Shown here one piece after another: positions 23,162 through 33,939 of a stretch of 64,000 bases of DNA; within the stretch, counting starts at the first letter, position 1; each line of letters begins with the position of its first letter. The notes under the pieces were generated by a model, which had not been told where the DNA came from, ran no database searches, and saw nothing but the letters and a program-made list of their open reading frames with translations. A program made the translations under genes and the position numbers. Source of the DNA: Gemmataceae bacterium (GTDB taxonomy: Bacteria; Planctomycetota; Planctomycetia; Gemmatales; Gemmataceae); contig JAXMAR010000001.1 in the NCBI GenBank assembly GCA_046350295.1, positions 117,354 to 181,353 on the forward strand, given 5' to 3'.

Positions 23162-23884
23162 ATGTCATCTATTCTCGCGCCGCTAAACCTGAACACACCG
23201 TTGCCGGACCACAACCAGCTTCCGTCCAACGATGGAGTCCCCGTGCGCAACTCGCTCGAACCCTGGCAGAGTTCCCTCCTGAGCGAAACGTTGGAACCGG
23301 TTCTCCGCACGCGCTATCCCGAGGGTGACTATTTCATCGGCCAGGACTGCGGCATCTACTGGGAGAAAACCGACCCGCCGGCGCAGGGCTGCAAGGCGCC
23401 CGACTGGTACCTGATTCCCAATGTGCCACGCCTTCTCGACGGACAAATGCGACGCTCTTACGTGCTCTGGCAAGAGCTGGAGCTGCCTTTGGTCCTTCTC
23501 GAATATGCCTCGGACCGCGGCGCCGAGGAGCGCGACAACACTCCCATGCGCGGCAAGTTCTGGGTCTACGATCGCAAGATTCACCCCGCCTTCTACGGCA
23601 TTTATCTCCCGGATGAGGCCCGTATCGAAATGTACCACGCGGTCGAGCATCATCTCGAGTTGATGCCGTCCAACCAGGCCGGAAGGTTTCCAATCCGCGA
23701 TCTCGGTGTCGAACTGGGCATATGGCATGGCAGCTATGCCGGCTACGAAATCCCGTGGATGCGCTGGTGGGACGAGTCCGGTCGGCTGCTGCCGACCCGG
23801 GAAGAGTCTGAGATCCGCGAAAAGCTCGAGAACGAACGCCTGGCGGCAAAGCTGCGAGCCTTGGGCGTGGATCCGAATGTCTAG
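23162..23884 (+). CDS. Uma2-family (DUF820) putative restriction-endonuclease-like protein
   Basis: N-terminal [31 protein letters not shown] and [12 protein letters not shown]...[17 protein letters not shown] match the cyanobacterial/planctomycete Uma2 pattern. Confidence 0.6.
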   Translation: MSSILAPLNLNTPLPDHNQLPSNDGVPVRNSLEPWQSSLLSETLEPVLRTRYPEGDYFIGQDCGIYWEKTDPPAQGCKAPDWYLIPNVPRLLDGQMRRSYVLWQELELPLVLLEYASDRGAEERDNTPMRGKFWVYDRKIHPAFYGIYLPDEARIEMYHAVEHHLELMPSNQAGRFPIRDLGVELGIWHGSYAGYEIPWMRWWDESGRLLPTREESEIREKLENERLAAKLRALGVDPNV

Positions 23885-23903
23885 AGACCGAGGGCATCAT
23901 CAA

Positions 23904-25388
<1,485 letters not shown>

Positions 25389-25869
25389 CCAGCAAAAGCC
25401 GAAAGCCCGCAGGCGAGTCTTCGAGCCTGCGGGGTGAGGACGCCCCAAGGTCGGATCGAGTGGAACAACTTGTTGTCCGCGATCACGACGACGTGCAGCT
25501 CCGCGCTGACTGACGGCGGCGCAGGCGATGGCCGTGGCGTCCCGGATAGCCGGCCGCCGCGTTCACGTCTTCCCAGCCGCGGAAAGCGCCGCCGTCCTCG
25601 AACAGGCCATGGCGGAACGCCCCTTTGTCGAGCGCGACGACGTGCAGGACGCCAGGCGCCAGCGCGGCACGGTTGCGAGAGTGGCGCGGTTCAAGATCGA
25701 AAGCGGACGCGGTCTTTGGAGCGCCACCATATCGCTTGGCGCGATTCTACTGTAGCGGAAGTCGTGAGACTTCCGATGGCGCCGCCCGAACTCTCACGAG
25801 TTCGGCTAGAACCGCTGCACGATCGCGCACGGTCATATAGTGAAGGGTTTGGCGCCACGGCGTCCCACG

Positions 25870-27112
25870 TTACCGGTGCTTCTTGTGGCAACCGGCGCAG
25901 CGCGTCGCCAGCGTCTCCAGGCCGCGGCGCATCTGCTCCAGGTCCTTGCGGTCGGCGGCGGCGACGATCTGGTCGGCGCTATCCGTGAACGCGCGGATCT
26001 CGTCCAGCCAGTGCGCGCGCGAGCCGCGCGGCGGGGTCTTCGTCTGCAGCCAGCGGTTGGCTTCGGCGAGCAGGGCGGCCTCGGAGCGGACGCGGTCCCA
26101 TTGCTTGGCGTCGGCCGGCGTCTTGGCGGTGTCTTCGAGCAGCTTGCCGCGCACGCCGCGGCCATCGTTGACCGTGCGCATGATGTCGGCGATCGTGGTC
26201 ACGCCCTTGCCCTTGAGGGGGGCCAGGGTACCCGTCTTGGCCGGCGCGTTCTCGTCGGCGTCTTCCACGTACTTGCCGAGGAACTCGTAGATCTCGTACC
26301 AGGCGTGCTCGGCGGGGTCGTGCTCGTAGTTGGCGTGTCCGGGGAGCATGAAGCCGGCGCGGGTGGGGGGGCGATGGATGAAGTGCGTGACGTGGGCGGC
26401 GGCGAGCGCCTTCTCGAACGCAGGCAGATCGGCCGGCGCATCCTTCGCGGGAAAGACGCCGAGGACCGCGGTCCCGTGCAGGGGAGCAAGGAGGTCGGCG
26501 TCGAGCGAGACCTGGGCCGAGCAGACGACGCAGGCCTGGAGCGGCGTCGACGCGGCGAGAGCGAGGGCCTGGGCGCCGCCGCCTGAGAAGCCGAAGACGC
26601 CGACGCGGTCGGGCATGACGTCCCCTTGACGGCGCAGCCAGCGGACGGCGGCGGATAGGCGTGCGAGAGCGACTTCGTCGGCCAGGGCCCTGGCCGGCGT
26701 CAGCCGCGTCTTCCGCCTTGCTGTCGAGGGCGAGCACGACGAAGCCGATGGCGGCCAGGTCGTGGGCGTTGGTCTTCATCCACTCCGTCAGGCCGGCGGC
26801 GTCGGGGAGGAGGAGGACAGCGGGGAGCGGCTCGGCGCCTTCCTGGCGGACGAGGTAGCCCTTCACCTCACCCGCGGCGCTGGGGAAGCGGACGGTCTTG
26901 CCGACGATCTTCGGCTCCTTGCCCTTGAAGAATTCGAGGAAGAGGGGCAGGCCACGGCGCTTGTCGGGCTTTTCGCCGGGTCGAGCGCGGGAGGGGAAGG
27001 CGCTGGAAAGCAGACAGAGGACCAGCAGCGCGAGCGAAAGCGGCAAGAGGCGGGCGCCGCGTGACCGGCGCCTGTCATTCCACTTCGAGGTCGATGGCGG
27101 CGAAGTGCTCAT
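25870..27112 (-). pseudogene. dienelactone hydrolase-family domain fused to a C-terminal cytochrome c'/class-II cytochrome c-like domain (CAGCHKKHR), interrupted by one frameshift near 26685
   Basis: The N-terminal half (signal peptide ... AIGFVVLALDSKAEDAA) is in one frame. The continuation TPARALADEVALARLSAAVRWLRRQGDVMPDRVGVFGFSGGG...HANYEHD is in another. The C-terminal roughly 120 aa are helical and end in CXXCH. Confidence 0.6.
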
Positions 27113-27560
27113 GGTCGCTGTTGGTATTGAGGCTGTCGACGCGGAGGAGGTAGACGCCCGGCTCGGGGACCTTGAACGCCACGCGGGCGCCGACGCGGCC
27201 CTTCGGCTTGAAATTCAGGTTGAAGTGCCCCTGCACGACGACGCCGCTCTTGAGTTCGGGAACCAGCTTCTGCCCGAGCTTTTCTTGCCGGACGACGAAC
27301 CAGCGGATGGTCACGTCCTTGGTGACGCCGTGCGGATAGGTGTTGATGTAGACGAACTGCAGCGTGAGCGGCTCGTTGGCCTTGACCTTGAGCGCCTCGC
27401 GCTTGCGGACTCCGCCCGGCGGCGGCTCCTGGTCCGAGGCCCCGGCCGCCTCCGACGTCGCGTCGGTCCCGCGGAAGACGCTCAGGTTGATCGTGGCATG
27501 CTCGGCGTCCGCAAGAAGCGGAAACAGGGCGAGCAGTGCGATGGCGAATCCGGTCTTCAT
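27075..27560 (-). CDS. small secreted hypothetical protein, member A of a tandem paralog pair
   Basis: Signal peptide MKTGFAIALLALFPLLADA. Shares the blocks HFNLNFKPKGR and SDHEHFAAIDLEVE with the neighbour gene. Confidence 0.5.
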   Translation of the reverse strand: MKTGFAIALLALFPLLADAEHATINLSVFRGTDATSEAAGASDQEPPPGGVRKREALKVKANEPLTLQFVYINTYPHGVTKDVTIRWFVVRQEKLGQKLVPELKSGVVVQGHFNLNFKPKGRVGARVAFKVPEPGVYLLRVDSLNTNSDHEHFAAIDLEVE

Positions 27561-27633
27561 GTCTTTCTCAACAACAAAGGCGAGCCGGGTGGCGTAAGCC
27601 CCCGGAGGAACCAATCAGAACATGGGCCGCGAA

Positions 27634-28149
27634 TCACTTCGCCTTGGGAATCGACAGATCGAGCTGCGCGAAATGCTCGTGGTCCTCGGTCCCGCCAGCG
27701 GCTCCGATCGTCTCCACCTTGATAAGATACGCGCCTTCCCGGTCGATAACGAAGGTCAGCTCCCCCTTGGTCCGGTCCTTGGGGTTGAAATCGACGCTGA
27801 CGGCGCTCTCGGCGACCACGTCCTCCGTGAGCTTAGGCACGCGTGGCTGGTTGAGCATCTCCTCTTTGACGCAGAAGAAATGCACGACGACGTTTTTCGC
27901 GGCCGCTTTGGAGACATTGGTGAGCGTCCAGTGCACAGTCACCTTCGCCCCTGCTTTGCCGACGACGACGGCGCGGTCCTTGGCCTTCACGCCGGGCGCG
28001 AGCGTCTCGCCGGTCGCCGTCTTCGCGGCGCCGTTGGTCTCGACCTTCAGCTCGACGGCGAAATGCTCCGCGCGAACGGTTGATCCGACCAGGAAGAGGA
28101 GAACCAGACTGGAGGCTCGCACGCTATTGCTCTCGCGAAGGCGTTGCAA
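27634..28149 (-). CDS. small secreted hypothetical protein, member B of a tandem paralog pair
   Basis: Signal peptide; shares VDFNPKDRTKGE and TEDHEHFAQLDLSIPKAK with member A. Confidence 0.5.
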   Translation of the reverse strand: MQRLRESNSVRASSLVLLFLVGSTVRAEHFAVELKVETNGAAKTATGETLAPGVKAKDRAVVVGKAGAKVTVHWTLTNVSKAAAKNVVVHFFCVKEEMLNQPRVPKLTEDVVAESAVSVDFNPKDRTKGELTFVIDREGAYLIKVETIGAAGGTEDHEHFAQLDLSIPKAK

Positions 28150-28244
28150 CTACCACACATCTAATATCGTAGCGGCAATGTCGGAGGTCGGCCAAGAGAG
28201 GAATCGTTACCCGGCGGACAAGGAAAGTACGGATTGAGAATGGA

Positions 28245-28650
28245 AGACGGCCCTGAAAGCGCCACGGCCCTGAAAGGGCCAAACAAGAAAGCCCAGGGCG
28301 CCGCCCTGGGAAAGACACGGGTCTTTGGCAGTAGCCCTGAAAGGGCGAAACAAAGAACGGCGTCTCTCGCGCCAGGACCAAGCGTCTGAACCAACCGCCG
28401 AGTTCATGACGACATGGGTCAGGCTTTTTTTCCACGAGACGGCTCTTGAGCCCGCCTTGTTCTGCCCTTTCAGGGCGCCACAGCTTGAAACGATCCCTGT
28501 CCCAGGGCGTTGCCCTGGGCTGTCTTGTTCGGCCCCTTCGGGGCGTTGCGATTCCGGGGGGGGTGAGTGGCGACGGGCCAAACAGGGTCCACGCGCCCAA
28601 AAGGGGTCAAACATGCCCTGAAAGCGCCACAGCCCTGAAGGGCGCGCAAA
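28245..28650. repeat. cluster of short palindromic hairpin repeats (GCCCTGAAAGGGC/GCCCTTTCAGGGC, CCCAGGGCG..GCCCTGGG, GGCCCCTTCGGGGC) in an 850-bp non-coding stretch
   Basis: Six copies of the CCCTGAAAG(G/C)GC motif (28249, 28266, 28333, 28463 inverted, 28614, 28631) and two CCCAGGGCGnnGCCCTGGG palindromes (28294, 28501). The same modules occur in the hairpin element at 10722-10923. Confidence 0.6.
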
Positions 28651-29009
28651 AAAAAATGGCGCGTGGCCCCGGCTTCCCCACACAGCGCACCAATCAGGAA
28701 GTCCGGGGCACTCGCCGTGGTTGAGACGCACGAGTTTCGACATGGTTCCCGATTTTTCCCGAAAGCGCGTTCAAATTGGAAAAACCCCTCCACTGATAAG
28801 AATCTGACCAACGACAGCGCGTCGAAACGGCAACTCGTGTATCCGAACGTGAACAGCCTTGTCATCTGGGAAACGTTTTTCCTCCTCGTCCGTCGACGAA
28901 CCGGTAAGTTTTTGACCGGTTTTGTTGGCGCCCGCTAAAGCCGGCGCCGCAGGCTCCGCCATTTCTTCACGGGCTTTTCGCCGCTCTTTCAATCCGTAAC
29001 AAAACCCGC

Positions 29010-30092
29010 ATGCAACACACGCTCAACATCCCCGCCAAGGCGGACCTCGACTTCGTGTCGCTCGGCGCGCTGATCCATCGCCTCGATCCCGGCATCGTGC
29101 CGTTCCACAAGGCGACCCAGTGTCAGATCCATGTCAGCGGCGGCGAGTTCAACGTCGCCGCCAACCTCGCCGATTGCTTTCGTCTCAATACCGGCATCGC
29201 GACCGCCATGGTCGACTATCCGGTGGGCGACCTCATCGCCGAGCGCGTCCGGGCCATGGGGGTGCGCCCCTTCTACAAGCGCTTCCAGCACGACGGCGTC
29301 ACCGGCCCGAACATGGCCATGGTCTACAGCGACCGCGGCTACGGCGTCCGCCCGCCGGTCGTCTTCTACAATCGCTCGAACGAGGCGGCCGCCCGCCTCA
29401 AGCCGGGCGACTTCGACTGGAAGGCGATCTTCGCGGGGGGCGTCCGCTGGTTCCATAGCGGCGGCATCTTCGCGGCCCTCTCTCCCATGACGCCCGAGGT
29501 CATCATCGAGGGGATGAAGGCCGCCAAGGCCGCGGGGGCCGTGGTTTCGTTCGACCTGAACTTCCGCGAGAAGCTGTGGCGCGTCGCCGGCGGCGCGGGC
29601 ACGGAGCGCGAGGTGATTCGCCGCATCGTCGCCAACGTCGATGTGCTGGTCGGCAACGAGGAGGACCTGCAGAAAGGCCTCGGCGTGCCCGGTCCGGAAG
29701 TGGCGGGGAAATCGAAGCTCGACCCGACGGCGTTCTTCGGCATGATGGACCGCGTCATCGAGCAGCACCCGCAGATCAAGATCGTGGCGACGACGCTGCG
29801 CGAAGTCCACTCGACCAACCGGCACAGCTGGGGGGCGGTCGCCTGGATCGAGGGGCACACCCGCGTGGCGCCGACGTGCGAGCTGGACGTCTACGATCGC
29901 GTCGGCGGCGGCGACGGCTTCGCATCCGGCTTCTTCTACGGCCTCATGGCCGGCGAGAGCCCCGACGAGGCCCTCAAGCTCGGCTGGGCCCACGGCGCCC
30001 TGCTGACCACGTTTCCGGGCGACACCACGATGGCGTCGCTGGAGCAGGTCCGCGCCTTCGCCAAGGGAGGCTCGGCGCGTATCCAGCGTTAA
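29010..30092 (+). CDS. PfkB-family carbohydrate kinase (2-dehydro-3-deoxygluconokinase-like)
   Basis: PfkB signature-2 DRVGGGDGFASGF and a ribokinase-like fold. Confidence 0.85.
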   Translation: MQHTLNIPAKADLDFVSLGALIHRLDPGIVPFHKATQCQIHVSGGEFNVAANLADCFRLNTGIATAMVDYPVGDLIAERVRAMGVRPFYKRFQHDGVTGPNMAMVYSDRGYGVRPPVVFYNRSNEAAARLKPGDFDWKAIFAGGVRWFHSGGIFAALSPMTPEVIIEGMKAAKAAGAVVSFDLNFREKLWRVAGGAGTEREVIRRIVANVDVLVGNEEDLQKGLGVPGPEVAGKSKLDPTAFFGMMDRVIEQHPQIKIVATTLREVHSTNRHSWGAVAWIEGHTRVAPTCELDVYDRVGGGDGFASGFFYGLMAGESPDEALKLGWAHGALLTTFPGDTTMASLEQVRAFAKGGSARIQR

Positions 30093-30113
30093 CCTTCTTG
30101 GAGCGGTAATCTG

Positions 30114-30299
30114 GTGTGTGCCATGCCCACGGCTTTGCGTGGGCATGCGAGAGCAAGCCGCGATCGAGGGATTGGCATTCTCCGCCGACACACCCATGCC
30201 CACGCAAAGCCGTGGGCATGGCACGCAGCACGCAGGCGGTAGGTCAGGCTTTCCAGCCTGACACAAGAAAGAACGTCAGGCTGGAAAGCCTGACCTACA
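30114..30299. repeat. nested palindromic (cruciform/hairpin) element between the kinase gene and the SRPBCC gene
   Basis: Inverted repeat gtgtgtgccatgcccacggctttgcgtgggcatg ... catgcccacgcaaagccgtgggcatggcacgcagcac; each arm is itself palindromic (gcccacg/cgtgggc). It is followed by gtcaggctttccagcctgac ... gtcaggctggaaagcctgac, two self-palindromes that are also mutual inverses. Confidence 0.6.
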
Positions 30300-30309
30300 C
30301 GGAGCGACC

Positions 30310-30850
30310 ATGTTCTTGACCATCGCGCTTGTCGTCGGCGGCTTGCTGGTCGTCGCCATCTGTGTGTTGCTGTTCGTCGCGGCCGGCAAGCCGAACGCGT
30401 TTCGCATTCAGCGTGCGGCGACCATCAAGGCGCCGGCGGAGAAGGTCTTTGGCCTCATCGACGATTTCCACGTCTGGCCGTCGTGGTCGCCGTGGGAAAA
30501 GCTTCGACCCGGCGATGGCCCGCACGCACAGCGGCGCGGCGAGGGGGGTCGGCGCGGTCTATGAATGGGAGGGGAACAAGAAAGTCGGCAAGGGCCGGAT
30601 GGAGATCACGACCGCGGCGCCCCCGTCGAAGCTCGTCATCAGCTTCGATTTCTTCAAGCCGTTCGAGGCCCACAACGTCGCGGAGTTCACGCTCGAACCG
30701 CAGGGAGATACCACGACCGTGACCTGGTCGATGCACGGCCCGCAGCCGTACATGATGAAGGTCATGACGGTGTTCATGAACATGGACAAGATGGTGGGCA
30801 AAGATTTCGAGACGGGGCTCGCGAACCTGAAGTCGATGGCGGAAGGGTGA
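30310..30850 (+). pseudogene. SRPBCC (polyketide cyclase/START-like) family protein with a frameshift near 30500-30510
   Basis: N-terminus MFLTIALVVGG...FHVWPSWSPWEKL is in frame 1. The continuation DPAMARTHSGAARGVGAVYEWEGNKKVGKGRMEI... is in frame 2. Confidence 0.65.
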
Positions 30851-31009
30851 TAGGGTCGCTCCAACCCCGATAGACGGCCTCACTTCCTCCGGGGATGGCC
30901 CGGAATTGACACCTCCCTGTCAAGACGCCGCTGGTCGATCCGGCGTACAATGTCGCACGTCGAACTTGCCGATCCAACGCGGCGGGCCCCGACATCAGGG
31001 GAGCTTCCC

Positions 31010-32992
31010 ATGTCCTTCGCTCAATTCTTGGAGACGTACTGGTACCTGCTGCTTCTGGCCGCCGTCATGGCCGGGCTGGTGCTGCCCTCGATCCGGATCA
31101 TCGGGCCGACCGACGTCGGGCTGGTGACGAAACGTTTTGCCGTTCGCAAGCTGCCGGAGGATAACCCGATCGCCTTCCGCGGCGAGGCGGGTTACCAGGC
31201 CAACCTGTTGATGCCGGGCTGGTATTTCAAGCTGTGGCTGATCTACACGGTGTCGAGGCATCCGTGGGTCCAGGTGCGGGCCGGGGAGATCGGCGTCGTG
31301 GTGGCCCAGGTCGGCAAGCCGTTGCCGGTCGGCGCCAAGTCGGCCGTGTCGGTCAGCGAGCTGAACCTGATCACGAACCTGCGGGCCTGGCTGGAGGCGG
31401 GCGGGCAGAAGGGGGTGCAGCGCTCGGTGTTGCCGCCGGGGAGCCTCATGCCCGTGCATCCGGTCGGTTTTCTCGTGATTACGCGGGAGCGCATCTACGG
31501 CATCCCGGTCACCCGGCAGTTTCAAGAGCTGCAAGCGCGCGGCGACTTCACCTACGAGGCGTTCGGCCTCGACGAGAAACAGCTCCGCGTCACCGTGATC
31601 ACGCCGCGCTCCTCCAGCGCCGGCGGGGTCATCGATACCTGCGGCGTCGTCACCGCGCTCGAAGGCCAGCCGTTGCCCCCCGGCGCCATCGCGGGCCGGC
31701 TCGGCGAGTTCGAGGACGTCAAGCGGCTGGAAAGCGAGAACGCCTCCGACCAGACGCTCATCGAAACCTTGATCGGTTCCAAATCCGGCCAGCACAACAA
31801 CTACCAGGACTTCGACGCCTTCCTGAAGGCCGGCGGCAAGATCGGCCTCCAGCACGACCCGCTGCTCTACGGAGCGTACCTCCTCAACCCGTTCCTGGTG
31901 CGCGTCGAGGAGGCGCCGATGCTGGTCGTCAAGCAAGGCGAGGTCGCCGTCATCAAGGCCTACGTCGGCCTCCCCACCGAAGACACCTCGGGCGCCTCCT
32001 TCAAGTTCGGCTCGATCGTCCGCCCAGGACACCGCGGCATCTGGGAGGAGCCCTTGCGCACCGGCAAATACGCCATCAACCCCCGCTGCTACGAAGCCGA
32101 GAAGGTGCCGACCGCCATCCTGAGCCTCAACTGGTCCGAGGCGGTGAGTGAGGCCCACAAGCTGGACGAGCGGCTGTCGCAGATCATCGCCAAGAGCCGC
32201 GAGGGGTTCGTCTTCACCATCGAGCTGGTGGTGCAGATTCACGTGCCCGATACGTCGGCGCCGCGCGTCATCAGCATGGTCGGCACGATTTCCAACCTGG
32301 TCAACGAGGTGCTGCAAGCGGCGGTGGGCAACCATTTCCGCGACAAGCTCCAGAGCATGCCGGCCATCGAGTTCATCGAGACGCGGCAGCTGGTGCAGCA
32401 GGCGGCGCTGGCGCACATCCGCACCCAGCTGTCCCAGTACGAGGTGGAGACGCGGGGCGTCTACATCCAGGACGTGATCCTGCCCAAGGAGCTGGTCGTG
32501 GTCCTCACGCAGCGCGAGATCGCCAACCAGGAGAAGGCGACGTTCCAGATGCAGCAGGAAGCCCAGCGCCTGCGCATCGACCTGGAGAAGACCAAGGGGA
32601 CGGCCGACATGCAGGCCCAGCTGGCCCAGGCCCAGGTCGGCGTGGAGATCGCGACGCAGACGGCGGCGGCGCGGAAGCGCCAGGCGGACGGCGAGGCGAC
32701 CTACATCGCCGAAACCGGCCGGGCCAAGTCGGCCGAGGTGGAGGCGGTGGGCCTGGCGCGGGCCAAGGGCTTCGAGGCGCAGGTGAAGGCGCTGGGGCAG
32801 GGGCCGACGGCGGTGATCAACGTCGCCACGGCGCTGGCGGAGCGCGGCGTGAAGATCATGCCGGAGATATTGACGGTGGGGGGCGGCGGGACGCTGGAGG
32901 GAGTGGGGGCGACGCTGATGCGGTTCCTCGTCACGCAAGCGGCGGCGGGGAAGGAGGCGGAGGCTGGTGAAGGACGGGCCGAAACGGCTTGA
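31010..32992 (+). CDS. flotillin-like SPFH/band-7 domain protein
   Basis: N-terminal TM helix, SPFH domain, long Ala/Gln/Glu coiled coil and C-terminal flotillin-like region. Start taken at MSFAQFLETYWYLL. Confidence 0.8.
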   Translation: MSFAQFLETYWYLLLLAAVMAGLVLPSIRIIGPTDVGLVTKRFAVRKLPEDNPIAFRGEAGYQANLLMPGWYFKLWLIYTVSRHPWVQVRAGEIGVVVAQVGKPLPVGAKSAVSVSELNLITNLRAWLEAGGQKGVQRSVLPPGSLMPVHPVGFLVITRERIYGIPVTRQFQELQARGDFTYEAFGLDEKQLRVTVITPRSSSAGGVIDTCGVVTALEGQPLPPGAIAGRLGEFEDVKRLESENASDQTLIETLIGSKSGQHNNYQDFDAFLKAGGKIGLQHDPLLYGAYLLNPFLVRVEEAPMLVVKQGEVAVIKAYVGLPTEDTSGASFKFGSIVRPGHRGIWEEPLRTGKYAINPRCYEAEKVPTAILSLNWSEAVSEAHKLDERLSQIIAKSREGFVFTIELVVQIHVPDTSAPRVISMVGTISNLVNEVLQAAVGNHFRDKLQSMPAIEFIETRQLVQQAALAHIRTQLSQYEVETRGVYIQDVILPKELVVVLTQREIANQEKATFQMQQEAQRLRIDLEKTKGTADMQAQLAQAQVGVEIATQTAAARKRQADGEATYIAETGRAKSAEVEAVGLARAKGFEAQVKALGQGPTAVINVATALAERGVKIMPEILTVGGGGTLEGVGATLMRFLVTQAAAGKEAEAGEGRAETA

Positions 32993-33307
32993 GCCTCCGT
33001 TCGGACCCCGTAGGAGTCCAAGAAGGTAGCCGGCGGTTGAGCGCAGCGACACCGCCGGAACATGTTTGCCGCCAGCGTTCCGACCCCCGAACGGGGTCGC
33101 AGAGAAGATGGCGCCTCTTGCCGCGGTGGCCAAGTCCAGCTACTCCACGCCACGCCACCGAATTCCTTGCTTTTCCATTGGCCCAGGTGTAGCGTATCTA
33201 CCTTGTGGGATTGCGTTTCGGAGCGATTTGAGCCGGGGGAAAGATTCACCCGGCCGCCTTCCAGAGGTGTTGGAAGATCGCTGCCGTGCTGGTAACGGAC
33301 GGATGAG

Positions 33308-33937
33308 ATGACGAAGGCAAAGACGCCAAGACAGGGAACCTCTTCACCGACCTCAGCTGAGGCACCGGAAAAGGTGCTCTCCAGTATTGAGATACTTGCC
33401 GTGGCGGTCTTTCTTTTGGACGGGCATTCCCGATACGTGGACACTGAGGACATTGCAGTGAAAGCGAACGAAATTGCGCCCGGGAAGTTTAGCTGGGTGA
33501 AATACCAGGACCAGATTAACATCCACACCGTGAAGACTCATCTTTGGGACGCAAAGAGCGAGCGCAAGGGTAACCTGCTGCTCGGCTCGGAAAAGGAAGG
33601 ATGGATGCTTACGTCAGCCGGGCTAGACCTTGCACGTAGCCGATTGAATGGACTGAAAGGGATAAAACCCGAGAAGAAAAAACTGAGCGAACCAGAGAAG
33701 CAATGGATGAGGACCGAGCGTCTGAGAATGGTCGAAACGGCCGCGTACAAAAAGTGTGCATCGGGCCAGACCGGTGCAGTCACGCTCGACGAAGCTGAAG
33801 CTTTCTTTCGTTTAAACAGCTATGTGGTGGGGAAGGCAAGGGAACGGAAGATAGTCCGCGTCTTGAATCTATTCGGCGACGACTCGGAACTCGGTGACGC
33901 GGTAAAGGGTCTTGCGGGCCTTGTGCGAGGAAAGTAG
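33308..33937 (+). CDS. hypothetical protein, first gene of the low-GC three-gene cassette
   Basis: 209-aa ORF at about 53% GC in a 67% GC genome. It ends 3 nt before the GHKL ATPase gene. No motif was recognised (possible winged-helix-like region). Confidence 0.55.
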   Translation: MTKAKTPRQGTSSPTSAEAPEKVLSSIEILAVAVFLLDGHSRYVDTEDIAVKANEIAPGKFSWVKYQDQINIHTVKTHLWDAKSERKGNLLLGSEKEGWMLTSAGLDLARSRLNGLKGIKPEKKKLSEPEKQWMRTERLRMVETAAYKKCASGQTGAVTLDEAEAFFRLNSYVVGKARERKIVRVLNLFGDDSELGDAVKGLAGLVRGK

Positions 33938-33939
33938 AC

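Noticed and set aside
25434-25988. 184-aa plus-strand ORF in the gap after gltD
   Set aside because: Arg/Pro/Gly-rich composition. Likely non-coding or antisense to the 3' end of the DLH-cytochrome gene.
28150-29000. Possible CRISPR array or tRNA in the repeat-rich intergenic region
   Set aside because: The repeats are irregularly spaced palindromes of 13-19 nt, not regularly spaced direct repeats with unique spacers. No cloverleaf, T-loop (GGTTCGAATCC-like) or anticodon-arm pattern was found.
30995-33133. 712-aa minus-strand ORF antisense to the flotillin-like gene
   Set aside because: Arg/Leu/Gly-rich low-complexity translation. The plus-strand SPFH protein has clear domain structure.
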